Source: a bacterium
GTDB taxonomy: Bacteria > Patescibacteriota > Minisyncoccia > Minisyncoccales > GCA-002788555
Direction of reading: 5' to 3'
Length of the DNA stretch: 55,202 nucleotides
NCBI GenBank assembly: GCA_021158595.1
Contig: JAGGUF010000072.1
Location: forward strand, 1-55,202
The notes beneath the pieces are model-generated. The model was not told where the DNA came from, did not search any database, and was given only the letters and a program-made list of their open reading frames with translations. Below are positions 27,624-37,272 of this stretch, piece after piece (position 1 is the stretch's first letter; each line of letters begins with the position of its first letter). A program made the position numbers and the translations under genes.

Positions 27624-29540
27624 CTAATCCCAAGATTCTTTCTCTATATCCCAAAAATCATCTTTTTCTTCCCTTATCTCATATAGATCCTGAGGGATCT
27701 CTCTTACAAATCTTGAGAGCATCACCCTTCTCTTTCCTCCTCCAAATCCTTTTTTATTTATGGGCGAAAACAGATAAAGACGATTTTTGGCTCGGGTTAG
27801 GGCTACATAAAAAAGTCTTCTTTCTTCCTCTATTGCTCCTTCCTCTAATGCTCTTCTATTAGGCAAATAATTTTCTAAAACATCCAGAATAATTACTGTA
27901 TCCCATTCTAAGCCCTTTGCCTGATGAATGGTAGACAAAATAACAAAATCATTGGTTTCTTTCATCTCTCCTCGAAAACTCTCATCTGAATGCACCTCAT
28001 CTAAAAAATGATTCAGACTTTTCTGACCAACGGCGAAGGATATTAAGGCTAAAACATCATCTACTCTTTCCCGACCATCTTTAAAATTCTCCAAAAGATA
28101 ATCTCTATAAAAGACATCTAAAATAATTTTAATCTTTTTATCAATTTCACTTTCTCTTCTAATTTTTAAAAGAAGATTTTTTAGACTTTTAAACTCTTTG
28201 TCTATAGAAGGAGGAAGAGAAATATTTGGAATTGTCTTTTCCTCTTTTATCTTAGAAATAATTTTATCTGCTGTCTTTACCCCAATACCTTGTTTTAAAA
28301 CCAAAATTCGTCTCCAGGATGATTCGTCAAGAATATTATTTTCAACTTTTAAAAAGGCTAATATATCTTTTATATGAGCCGTCTCAAAAAAGCGCAACCC
28401 TCCTCTTTTAATATAGGGAATATTTAAAGATGATAACTCCAATTCCAATTCTAATGACTCAAATCCCGCTCGGAATAAAACAGAGATTTGATTCAGAGGA
28501 ATACCTTCTTTGGTTAATCTCAAAATCTCATAGGCTATTCTTCGGGCTTGAACTCTTTCATCCGATACCATAAAAAGAATTGGTTTATTCCCTTTCTTTC
28601 CCGTTTTTAAATATTTTTCAAATTGATTGGAATTTCTTAAGATAACCTCAGTAGCAAAAGATAAAATCTCCTTGGTGGAACGATAATTTCTTTCTAATTT
28701 AAAAATCTTGCAATTAGGATATTCTTTAGGAAAATTCAAGATGTTGTTAATCTCTGCTCCCCGAAAAGAATAAATACTCTGAGCATCATCTCCTACCACC
28801 ATCAAATTTGGATTTCTTTTTTGAGTAATCTCTTTCAGAATTAAATACTGTAACCTATTAGTATCCTGAAATTCATCTACTAAAATAAATCTAAAGAGAT
28901 TCTGAAGTTCCCCTTTGATCTCTGGAAAATTTCTGACCAGATAGAGCCATTTCAAAAGTAGATCATCAAAACTTAAGGCATTGATCTCTCTTTTTCTTTC
29001 CTCAAGGTCTTTAATAATCTCCTTAATCTCTCCTATAGCATCTAAAAATTGGGGCCACTTTTCCGAGATAATTTCTTCTACTGATCTCTGAGTACTTGCA
29101 CTCAAACTTAGAATACTACTTAACAAATCTGGATTAGGGAAAATAGAATCTCTTAAGATTTGTTTTTCTTTTAATATCTGACGCAATAAGATCTTTTCGT
29201 CTTCTCTATCCAAAATAGTAAAATTTGACTTTCTTCCAATTTTTAAAGCATATCTACGCAAAATAAGATTTCCCACATGGTGAAAGGTGCCACCAGTTAA
29301 AGAAAAACTTCGGCCCAAGATCTGTTGGGTGCGCAGAATCATCTCTCTTGCTGCTTTGTTAGAAAATGTCAAAAGCAAAATGTTTTTAGGAGAAACACCC
29401 TGTTCGATCAGATAATTTACTCGATAGGTTAGGGTGCGAGTCTTACCCGAGCCAGCCCCTGCTAAAACCAGAATCGGCCCTTTAATGGTTCGAACTACCC
29501 TATATTGCTGTTCATTTAACTCTTTTCTATAATCAACCAT
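27624..29540 (-). CDS. UvrD/PcrA/Rep-family ATP-dependent DNA helicase
   Basis: LNEQQ, Walker A AGAGSGKT, DEFQDT, and motifs VGDDAQSIYSFRGA, TIHQAKGLEWD, YVALTRAK. Confidence 0.9.
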   Translation of the reverse strand: MVDYRKELNEQQYRVVRTIKGPILVLAGAGSGKTRTLTYRVNYLIEQGVSPKNILLLTFSNKAAREMILRTQQILGRSFSLTGGTFHHVGNLILRRYALKIGRKSNFTILDREDEKILLRQILKEKQILRDSIFPNPDLLSSILSLSASTQRSVEEIISEKWPQFLDAIGEIKEIIKDLEERKREINALSFDDLLLKWLYLVRNFPEIKGELQNLFRFILVDEFQDTNRLQYLILKEITQKRNPNLMVVGDDAQSIYSFRGAEINNILNFPKEYPNCKIFKLERNYRSTKEILSFATEVILRNSNQFEKYLKTGKKGNKPILFMVSDERVQARRIAYEILRLTKEGIPLNQISVLFRAGFESLELELELSSLNIPYIKRGGLRFFETAHIKDILAFLKVENNILDESSWRRILVLKQGIGVKTADKIISKIKEEKTIPNISLPPSIDKEFKSLKNLLLKIRRESEIDKKIKIILDVFYRDYLLENFKDGRERVDDVLALISFAVGQKSLNHFLDEVHSDESFRGEMKETNDFVILSTIHQAKGLEWDTVIILDVLENYLPNRRALEEGAIEEERRLFYVALTRAKNRLYLFSPINKKGFGGGKRRVMLSRFVREIPQDLYEIREEKDDFWDIEKESWD

Positions 29541-29555
29541 AATACACTTATCCTT

Positions 29556-31001
29556 CTAAAGTTTAGGGAACAATGGCTTCTCTCTCTTTCTTCCTTTTAT
29601 TTGATCTAATATCCTTTCAGAACTTTCAGGCAAAAAGACTTGAAGCATTTCAGCGATGTTTTTTAGGACTCTTAACAAATCACAAATTATTGATTGGTGC
29701 TTATTCAATTCTTCCCAGGGACGTTCCTTCTGAATTAATCTGTCACAAAAACTAATCAGGTTCCAGATCCAAACTAAACTCTCATTCAGTTTTAACTTTT
29801 GGAAGGACCTTTTGTAGTTCTGCCAGGTATTTTCTACCTCTTTTCTTAGGTTAACATTTTGAATTTGCTGAAGGGAAAGATTCTTTTCCCTAAGATATGA
29901 ATTGGTATTGATCTTCTCTGCCAAAGCAAGAATTCGAGAAACCAGGTTTCCTAAACCCTTGGGAAGATCAGCATTATATTTTTTAATCAGTTTCTGCCAA
30001 GAGATATCTCCATCCTGACCAAAAGGACAGGAAGAAAGCAATAGATAACGGGTTCCATCAACTCCAAATTTACCTATCATCTCTTCGGGCCAAATCACAT
30101 TTCCTAAAGACTTACTCATCTTTTGTCCTTCTATGGTAAAATAACCATGAACAAAAAGTCTTTTGGGAAGTGGAATCTCTAAAGCAAGAAGGAGACCTGG
30201 CCAAATAGTAGCATGAACCCTTATAATATCTTTTGACATTAACTGAACATCAGGAGGCCAAAACTCAGGAATATTCTTCGGATCTCCCTCCCAGCCAATA
30301 CCAGTAAGATAATTTAAAAAGGCATCTACCCAGACATAGGCAGTAAGCCTTTGGTCAAATGGTAATCTAATCCCCCATCTTACCCTTTGCCGTGAGATAG
30401 AAATATCTTTTAATCCTTGGCTTAAAAATTTTAAAACCTCATTTTTCCTTTGTTCTGGTTCTATCTTAAGTTCATCAGTTCTTATCTTCTCCTTTAAGAT
30501 ATTTTCAAATCGAGAAAGTCTAAAAAGATAACTTTCTTCCTCTATCAATTCCGGCTTAATTTGATGATCTGGACACTTACCATCCTTTAGATCACTTTCT
30601 GTTTTATATTGTTCACAACCTGGACAATAAAGGCCTTTGTAGATTCCTTTATAGATGAAATTTCTTTTATATAAGATCTCTAATGCCTTTTTCACTGCTT
30701 TTATGTGAGAAGGGTCAGTGGTTCTTATAAAATTATCATAAGAAATATTTAACTCTTCCCAAACCTTCTTAAACCTCTCTGAGTTTTCATCACAGAACTG
30801 TTGAGGACTTTTACCCACCTTCTGGGCTGCCTTCTCAATTTTCCCTCCATGCTCATCAGTACCAGTTAAGAAAAACACTTTCCAGCCTTGAACTCGATAA
30901 TAACGAGCCAACACGTCAGCAGCAATAGTAGTATAAGCATGGCCCAAATGAGGTCGGGCATTTACATAGTAAATTGGAGTAGTTATGTAAAATTTTTTCA
31001 T
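29556..31001 (-). CDS. metG: Methionyl-tRNA synthetase (short form, no C-terminal tRNA-binding domain)
   Basis: HLGH (PHLGHAYT), KMSKS, and one CxxC...C..H knuckle. Confidence 0.9.
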   Translation of the reverse strand: MKKFYITTPIYYVNARPHLGHAYTTIAADVLARYYRVQGWKVFFLTGTDEHGGKIEKAAQKVGKSPQQFCDENSERFKKVWEELNISYDNFIRTTDPSHIKAVKKALEILYKRNFIYKGIYKGLYCPGCEQYKTESDLKDGKCPDHQIKPELIEEESYLFRLSRFENILKEKIRTDELKIEPEQRKNEVLKFLSQGLKDISISRQRVRWGIRLPFDQRLTAYVWVDAFLNYLTGIGWEGDPKNIPEFWPPDVQLMSKDIIRVHATIWPGLLLALEIPLPKRLFVHGYFTIEGQKMSKSLGNVIWPEEMIGKFGVDGTRYLLLSSCPFGQDGDISWQKLIKKYNADLPKGLGNLVSRILALAEKINTNSYLREKNLSLQQIQNVNLRKEVENTWQNYKRSFQKLKLNESLVWIWNLISFCDRLIQKERPWEELNKHQSIICDLLRVLKNIAEMLQVFLPESSERILDQIKGRKREKPLFPKL

Positions 31002-31011
31002 ACTCTCATTA

Positions 31012-32256
31012 TTAGAAAAGGGTTTTCTGTTTTGGAAAAGAATCTTCTGCTTTTGAAAAAATCCTTATTTTTCCATAAACCCCATCATATCCAGGTTCTT
31101 TTATTACCTTGCCCTCTCTTACTCTAATTATTCCTTCCGCAATTTCCGGCAAGGTAGCAGTTTCTAAATCTTCTCTTTTTACATTTAATAAAATATTAAA
31201 CTCCGAATCAAATTTTTCAATGAGGTTTTGATATTCTTTTTTTACCTGATTGGCCGCTCTTCCCCTTCCTAAAACCTCAGCAATTATTTCTTCTAAGGGA
31301 ACCAGACTTTTAAAGGGAATAACTTCTTCTGGTTTAAAACCTTCTGGTCTATCGGCTAACTGCTCTACTCTGTTTAAAACTCCAATAGTTAAGGGCCTTC
31401 CGCAATTGGGGCAAATTCCATTATATTTTTTTGTTTCTTTGGGCGATAAACGAATATTGCATTCTCGATGACCATCATAATGATATTTGCCTTCTTCTGG
31501 ATAAAATTCAATGGTATATAAAAATTTCTGGGGGTCTTTTGTTTTTATCGCTTCAATAATTGCTGGATAACTCAATTCCGTATCAAAAACATTTGCTTCT
31601 CGACCTATATGAGATGGAGAATGGGCATCACTATTTGAGATTAAACTTAATCTCCGACCATCGGGAATCCGCCAAAGCATCTTAGGATCGGCGGAGAGCC
31701 CACTTTCCAAAGCATAAATATATTTTGAATAATCTTCAAAACATTCCTCAATTGAATCAAAACCTGACTTTGAACCAAAAATTCCGAACCAGGGAGTCAT
31801 CACGTGGGCTCCGACTACTAAACAATTCTCAGAAATATTTAAAATAATTTTTAACAATTCTTTAGCGTCTAAGCCTAAAATAGGTCTTCCATCTGCTTTT
31901 AAATTTCCAATCCAACCCAAGTGAGTATTAATCTTCTCCACTATCTCAAAAGAGGGAGCAAAAATTATAATGTGAATTTTTCGAATCTTGCCTTTTTTCG
32001 AATAAACACAACTAACTTCAGTAGTTAAAATAAAACGAGTTCCAGAATCTGATTTTTTCAACTTGAAAAGCCCAATTTCAGCCGGTTCCAATTTTTCTTT
32101 TAGGTTTTTAAACCATTCAGGATGAGTAAAATCGCCAGTGCTCAAAACTTTTATTCCTTTTATCTTTGCCCATTTATCCAAATTTTCCAAATCCATATTC
32201 TTACTAGTCGCCCGGGAATATTTTGAATGTAAATGAAAATCAGCAATAAATTTCAT
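31012..32256 (-). CDS. PHP-domain protein, endonuclease Q-like (TIGR00375-type)
   Basis: N-terminal ADFHLHSKYSRATS PHP motif, later HV/SD.H metal ligands, Zn-finger-like CPNCGRPLTIGVLNRV; 414 aa. Confidence 0.55.
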   Translation of the reverse strand: MKFIADFHLHSKYSRATSKNMDLENLDKWAKIKGIKVLSTGDFTHPEWFKNLKEKLEPAEIGLFKLKKSDSGTRFILTTEVSCVYSKKGKIRKIHIIIFAPSFEIVEKINTHLGWIGNLKADGRPILGLDAKELLKIILNISENCLVVGAHVMTPWFGIFGSKSGFDSIEECFEDYSKYIYALESGLSADPKMLWRIPDGRRLSLISNSDAHSPSHIGREANVFDTELSYPAIIEAIKTKDPQKFLYTIEFYPEEGKYHYDGHRECNIRLSPKETKKYNGICPNCGRPLTIGVLNRVEQLADRPEGFKPEEVIPFKSLVPLEEIIAEVLGRGRAANQVKKEYQNLIEKFDSEFNILLNVKREDLETATLPEIAEGIIRVREGKVIKEPGYDGVYGKIRIFSKAEDSFPKQKTLF

Positions 32257-32393
32257 ATTTAAAGTTCTAATTGATCAGCAATTTCTTGCAATGTTTAGTT
32301 TGTACTAATTTTCTTCAATTAAAAAACATAAAGTTGCCTTCTTCATAGAGTTTATCTTATCAAGAATTTTCTATTTTAGCAAACGAAAAAATT

Positions 32394-32427
32394 TAAAAAA
32401 ACCTCAAGACAATTAATTCCTCGAGGT
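32394..32427 (-). terminator. Weak intrinsic terminator after the MNT gene
   Basis: Minus strand: ACCTC...GAGGT stem followed by TTTTTTT. Confidence 0.35.
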
Positions 32428-32473
32428 CCTAAAAAGTTCAAGATGTGAAAAATTAATTTCTTTATAAATCTTT

Positions 32474-32818
32474 TTATATTTCAATAAATTCTTTTTTTAT
32501 AAATTTTTGATACCAATTTTGATATTCTTCTGGAGTGGTTAAATGGATTTCAAAGGGAGAAAAAATCCCTATTTTTTGCCAAATTTTAGCCTTAATGACT
32601 GATTTCTCTTTGGTGGTTAACTTTGGTGAAATAATAAGAATGTCAATATCTCTGGGAACCTCTTTTTTTCTTAAAATAGAACCAAAGATTAATACTCGGG
32701 TCTTGCCCAAAAGGTTCTCAACTTCTTTTTTAATAATCCTTGCCCAATGCAAATAATTTTGGAAATACTTTTTTTGAAACCTTTTTCTTTCTAATACAAT
32801 TTCTGTTAGTTGGCTCAT
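32474..32818 (-). CDS. MNT-type nucleotidyltransferase (antitoxin of a HEPN/MNT pair)
   Basis: GSILRKKEVPRDIDILII minimal NTase motif; 114 aa. ATGA overlap with the HEPN reading frame. Confidence 0.75.
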   Translation of the reverse strand: MSQLTEIVLERKRFQKKYFQNYLHWARIIKKEVENLLGKTRVLIFGSILRKKEVPRDIDILIISPKLTTKEKSVIKAKIWQKIGIFSPFEIHLTTPEEYQNWYQKFIKKEFIEI

Positions 32819-33194
32819 AAATTTTTCAGGAATTTTTTTAAATCTTTTGTAAATTTTTCCATTAATTTAACCTGAGATTCATTAAATTCAACTGGTAGAT
32901 AACGGGAGGTAATATAAGCCTCTTCTAAATCAGCTATTACTTGAATATTTTCCTTGCTAATTTTTTCTATTTCTTTTTCTTTATTGTAAGCCTTGCCTAA
33001 ATCAAATAAAAGTTCACGGAGACTGTAAGTTTTTGGAAAATCGGCAATTTTTAAAAAAGATAATATTTCAAATAAAGTTGACAGGCCTGCTCTAAATGAA
33101 AAGCAGCCAAAAACCATTGCTTTTTGGAAATATTGTATCTCGCATTTTCTAAAAATGCTCCGGCTTTTTCTTTGAGAAAATCAGCTTTAGCCAT
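32815..33194 (-). pseudogene. HEPN-domain toxin gene interrupted by a 1-nt frameshift in a T6/A5 run
   Basis: N-terminal 47 codons (33194->33054, MAKADFLKEKAGAFLENARYNISKKQWFLAAFHLEQACQLYLKYYLF) stop at TAA 33053-33051. The C-terminal part (KIADFPKTYSLRELL...EEAYITSRY) continues in the -1 frame to 32815. Restoring one T gives a continuous HEPN-like protein. Confidence 0.65.
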
Positions 33195-33253
33195 AGTTTA
33201 GTTTCTCCCTCACTTTAATCATACCAAAAATGATCCTTTTTGTTTAATAAATT

Positions 33254-34099
33254 TCATAGATAGCCAATACTTTTAAGATATTTCTTACTTTTTTTAAGAT
33301 CTCTTTTGGAATTCACTTCCAAAATAACTGGTCCCTGATAATTTATTTTTTCTAGTTCATTAAGAATGGAAATCAAATTTACCTCTCCTAATCCAAGTGG
33401 ATAATGAACAATAGGATCGCTGTAAACACCATCTGTTAAATGGATTTCTTTAATTTTCTTCCTAAATTTCCTTATAAAATCAAGAGGATCAACATCTGAT
33501 TCGAAAGCATGGACAGTATCAAGACACACCCCCACTCCCTCATTCACAAAAACCTCAAATTCTTCTGGCTTTTGAAAAAGAGGTTCATTACGAGGTAGGT
33601 TTTCAATAGATAATTCTATATTTTTTGTTTTACAATAATCAAAGATCTCAAGGATACTTCTTTTTGCGATCTCTCTTGTTTGCTTTTCCATTAATGAATA
33701 TATTTTGGGCATTGCCAAAAAACAACCGGGATGCATTACTAAACCATCTATCCCTATCTTCTGAGCCAGATCAATATGTTTTTTTGTCTCCTTAATAGCC
33801 TCTCTTCTTATTCCCTGATGAAAGGCAGAGATATTAATCTCTCCTATAGGAAGATGATAGGTAACCCTCTTAAAAGAAGAGATCTCTTTTTTTATCTTAT
33901 CACTAATTGGAAGGAGCAAATCAGCCGGAAAAACAGAGGTAGAGGTTAACTCTATTATTTCAAAACCACTTTTCCTAACAAAATTAACGAAATCTTTAAG
34001 CATATATAAATATGCTCTCTCTGAACTCTTCATCTCTGGATATTTATTACTCTCCTCTGAACACAAACGCATTGAAACCCCAAACCCTTTTATTTTCAT
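33254..34099 (-). CDS. Sugar phosphate isomerase/epimerase (xylose isomerase-like TIM barrel)
   Basis: 281 aa; HLP...MHPG...ENL...LDTVHA metal-ligand spacing typical of the AP-endonuclease-2/xylose-isomerase-like fold. Confidence 0.55.
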   Translation of the reverse strand: MKIKGFGVSMRLCSEESNKYPEMKSSERAYLYMLKDFVNFVRKSGFEIIELTSTSVFPADLLLPISDKIKKEISSFKRVTYHLPIGEINISAFHQGIRREAIKETKKHIDLAQKIGIDGLVMHPGCFLAMPKIYSLMEKQTREIAKRSILEIFDYCKTKNIELSIENLPRNEPLFQKPEEFEVFVNEGVGVCLDTVHAFESDVDPLDFIRKFRKKIKEIHLTDGVYSDPIVHYPLGLGEVNLISILNELEKINYQGPVILEVNSKRDLKKSKKYLKSIGYL

Positions 34100-34203
34100 T
34101 AAATAACTATACCACCTTAAAATAATATCTTCAATTTTTACTCTTTAACTTCAAGACAGATAGTTTTATAAAACTAAAGAAAACCTCTTTAGAATCTTTT
34201 TGT

Positions 34204-35331
34204 TTAAGAACAAACAAATGAGATTATTTCGTAAATCAATGCTCCAGTAAACATCAAACAAAGTAAATATAAAATTGGATCAGGAAGAGAAATTTTATAT
34301 TCTGGATTTCTATCTCCTCTTATCTTAGATTTCTTATATATCAAAGCCAAAATTACATCCTCAAATGCTCCAAAAACTATTCCAATAAAAGCCATTAAGG
34401 GCACAAAGGCCTTTACTCCTAAAACCAATGCCAAAAGAGGAACCACTATTACAAAAACAGTGGCAAGAAATCTTTTAATACCAAGATCATAAATCAAGCA
34501 GTCTCTTAAATAAATTCCCAACACCAAAAATGAGGTAGAGATGGTCATTACTCCAAAAATGGCCCCCACCAGAACAAAATCATCTCCTATCTCTTCTACC
34601 AGTCCCTTAATGGCTTCAGGTGAGGTAGAGGAACCACAGACCCCAACCACAGAAAAGGTAAAAATGATATAAAAGATTAAGGGAATAAGAGTGCCAATTA
34701 TAATTGCTTTTTTCAACTCATTTTCTCTATTTCTTAAAATTCTTCGTAAGGAAGGAATAGCAGTTGTTCCGCTCATAGCAAAAAGAATCACTCCATAAGG
34801 AAGAAAAGCCTTTTCTGGATGAAATCCTGAAAAGTTTTCCACTCTTATATAATCAAGAGAAACAAAAAAAATAGTTCCCAATGTTAAAATAAATAGAAAA
34901 AACATCAAGAGTTCAAATTGAGAGATACTCTTTAAACCAAGAATTATTCCTACAGAAAGAAAAAACCAAAAAAGGATGGCAAAAATTAGAAACTCTCCTT
35001 TAAAAATACTAGATAGAAATTCGCCTCCAGCAATAATATAGCAAATTAAAGAAGAGGAAATGCCAACGATTGTAGAAAAAAGAACAATATATTTTGCCCA
35101 ATTCCCTAAATAAAAACTAGCATACCCTGGTAAACGATAATCCTTTTCTGTTCGTAAAATAACCTCTGAAAACAAAAGATGTAAAAGCAAAGAAACACTT
35201 CCCAATAAAAAAAGATAAAAAATGCCAGGTAAAAATCCAACCTGGGAAATAACATAAGGAATACCAAAGATTCCTACTCCTACTATGCTTCCAACCAGAG
35301 TGGCTACAGCCAGAAACAATCGAATGTCCAT
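34204..35331 (-). CDS. Amino acid permease (Trp/Tyr-permease-like)
   Basis: 375 aa, about 11 TM helices; N-terminal GSIVGVGIFGIPY motif. Confidence 0.5.
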   Translation of the reverse strand: MDIRLFLAVATLVGSIVGVGIFGIPYVISQVGFLPGIFYLFLLGSVSLLLHLLFSEVILRTEKDYRLPGYASFYLGNWAKYIVLFSTIVGISSSLICYIIAGGEFLSSIFKGEFLIFAILFWFFLSVGIILGLKSISQFELLMFFLFILTLGTIFFVSLDYIRVENFSGFHPEKAFLPYGVILFAMSGTTAIPSLRRILRNRENELKKAIIIGTLIPLIFYIIFTFSVVGVCGSSTSPEAIKGLVEEIGDDFVLVGAIFGVMTISTSFLVLGIYLRDCLIYDLGIKRFLATVFVIVVPLLALVLGVKAFVPLMAFIGIVFGAFEDVILALIYKKSKIRGDRNPEYKISLPDPILYLLCLMFTGALIYEIISFVCS

Positions 35332-35334
35332 ATC

Positions 35335-35793
35335 TCATTTCTCATCTTCTTTATTTCCTATCTTTACTTCTCTCATGCCTGCTAAAATTATAATCATTAA
35401 TAAAGTCGTAATCAGGGCTAAATAATAATACCCACATCCTACTGCCATTCCTAAGGCTCCTGTTGACCAAATAGCAGAAGCAGTAGTTAAACCCTCAAGG
35501 TGAGAGTGACGAAGAACAATTACCCCGGCCCCTAAGAATCCAATTCCCACTACAATTCCCGCTGCTATTCTGGAAGGATCAACGCTTCCACCAATTTCCA
35601 AAAATCCATGCCTTGAGAGGATGGTAAAAACGCAGGCTCCTATGGAGGTAAGGGCAAAGGTTCTCATTCCTGCTTCTTTTCCAATATATTCTCTCTCTAT
35701 CCCCACCAAGGCACCTAAAAAACCTGCTAGAAGAATCTGAAGAAATAAACGAATTTCAGGAATAAATAATAAATCCATATCTTCAACAAACAA
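35335..35793 (-). CDS. MgtC/SapB family membrane protein
   Basis: LLAGFLGALVGIEREYIGKEAGMRTFALTSIG signature. Confidence 0.75.
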   Translation of the reverse strand: MFVEDMDLLFIPEIRLFLQILLAGFLGALVGIEREYIGKEAGMRTFALTSIGACVFTILSRHGFLEIGGSVDPSRIAAGIVVGIGFLGAGVIVLRHSHLEGLTTASAIWSTGALGMAVGCGYYYLALITTLLMIIILAGMREVKIGNKEDEK

Positions 35794-35815
35794 CCTCCAA
35801 CTTAATCCTCAGTTG

Positions 35816-36076
35816 TTAGTTGTTGGTTAGTTTATATATCTCCCATCCTTGTTTAACCTTTTGATCCACCTTTAGTCCTATCTCTTCTCCTTTCTTTGCT
35901 TCTTTTATATTTTTATGCTCTACCTGCATTGATTCGACCGTTTGTTCAAATTCTCTCTCCCCCTTTTTAAGTCTAATCCTATCACCAACCTTCAGGGTAT
36001 CTTCTAATTTCACTACTGCCACCCCTACCTTTGGAAAATAATGGGTAATTTTGCCCACTAATTTTTCCTCCTCCAT
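35816..36076 (-). CDS. Small EF-Tu-domain-2-like beta-barrel protein
   Basis: 86 aa; GKITHYFPKVGVAVVKLEDTLKVGDRIRL...GEEIGLKV pattern. Confidence 0.45.
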   Translation of the reverse strand: MEEEKLVGKITHYFPKVGVAVVKLEDTLKVGDRIRLKKGEREFEQTVESMQVEHKNIKEAKKGEEIGLKVDQKVKQGWEIYKLTNN

Positions 36077-36089
36077 AACATACGATTTC

Positions 36090-36647
36090 TTAAAAAGGAC
36101 TAATGACCTTTTTTTCTTTTTTGACCAAAATTAGAAGTTTCTCTACTAATTCTTTAGGATCTTTACTATAGACCACTCTTCCTGGACCCCTATGACCTCT
36201 TTTAATTATTTCTCTTATCAGATCCGCTGTGCCTCCGGTTCCTATTAATACCCCAATTGGTTTATTATCTTCAAAGGCAATGGTAAATTCATTCAATGTG
36301 CCTATCCTTCCACAAATGACAATAACTGCATCAGAGGACCTGGTCATTAAGAGATTTCTCCCTGCATAATTAAAACCAGTATAGACAATTACATCAAAAT
36401 AATCAGTAGGAAGTTTGTAGGTTTTAATATGAGATTTTTCTGAGGCAGCAGGAGAAAAACCTATAGAGACTCCTCCTTCTTCTTTCGCTCCAATGGCTGC
36501 CCAATAGGGAATACCAGTAGTGGCTCCTGTAATTAAAACCCCATTATGCCGAACAATTTCTCTCCCAACCTCTTTGGACAATTCTAAGGCTTTCTTTGCA
36601 CAATGATTGGTCTCGGCTGCTCCAGAAACACAAATTTTGTATTTCAT
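36090..36647 (-). CDS. LOG/TIGR00725-like Rossmann protein
   Basis: ICVSGAA..., GATTGIPYWA, and CGRIGTLNEF (PGGxGTxxE-like) motifs. Confidence 0.55.
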   Translation of the reverse strand: MKYKICVSGAAETNHCAKKALELSKEVGREIVRHNGVLITGATTGIPYWAAIGAKEEGGVSIGFSPAASEKSHIKTYKLPTDYFDVIVYTGFNYAGRNLLMTRSSDAVIVICGRIGTLNEFTIAFEDNKPIGVLIGTGGTADLIREIIKRGHRGPGRVVYSKDPKELVEKLLILVKKEKKVISPF

Positions 36648-36755
36648 AATAAACTTGATTTAATCCTGATAATTTCCTGCTTTTTCTAATTGGAAATTAT
36701 ATAACAAAACGAACTTGTATTGCAAGAAAAAAATAAATATGATAAGATAACCTAA

Positions 36756-36910
36756 TAAAGTTTCAGCACATTTAACCCCTCTTTGTATTCCTCCCCTTAA
36801 AAAGGGGGAGGAAATTGAGGTGTGGTATTCTCCTAAAAGAGAAAATAAGGACCCTCTCCAAATCCTCCCCCTCTCTCTGGGAGAGGAGGATTAAGGTGGG
36901 GGAGGAAAAG
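36756..36910. repeat. Repeat cluster: partial terminal repeat plus two Y/R hairpins
   Basis: TAAAGTTTCAGCACATTT (36756-36773) resembles the 9676 terminal repeat. Hairpins: CCTCCCC-TTAAAAA-GGGGAGG (36790-36811) and AATCCTCCCCCTCTC-TCT-GGGAGAGGAGGATT (36861-36892). Lies upstream of rpsT. Confidence 0.7.
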
Positions 36911-36950
36911 GTCAAATACACACCAAAGATACTGTAAATAAATCTTATTT

Positions 36951-37256
36951 ATGCCAATTACCAAATCTGCAAAAAAGGCTTTAAGGAAAGATATTAAAAG
37001 ACATAAGAGAAATCTTGCCTGGAAAAAGAAGATAAAAAGTCTCCAAAAGGAGATTAAAAAATTGCTTGAAAAGAAAGAAATTGAAAAGGCAAAAAAACTA
37101 CTACCGCAATTTTATAAAATTGTTGATAAGGCAGCAAAGAACAATGTGATAAAGAAAAATACTGCCGCCCGAAAGAAGTCTCGACTATCAAGATTAATTA
37201 CCCAATATACCAGAGAAAACAAAGTCTCAAAGTCAAACAAGACTACTCCTAAGTAG
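36951..37256 (+). CDS. rpsT: 30S ribosomal protein S20
   Basis: MPITKSAKKALRKDIKRHKRNL start; basic 101-aa helical protein. Confidence 0.85.
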   Translation: MPITKSAKKALRKDIKRHKRNLAWKKKIKSLQKEIKKLLEKKEIEKAKKLLPQFYKIVDKAAKNNVIKKNTAARKKSRLSRLITQYTRENKVSKSNKTTPK

Positions 37257-37272
37257 TTAATAGATTTTCTTT

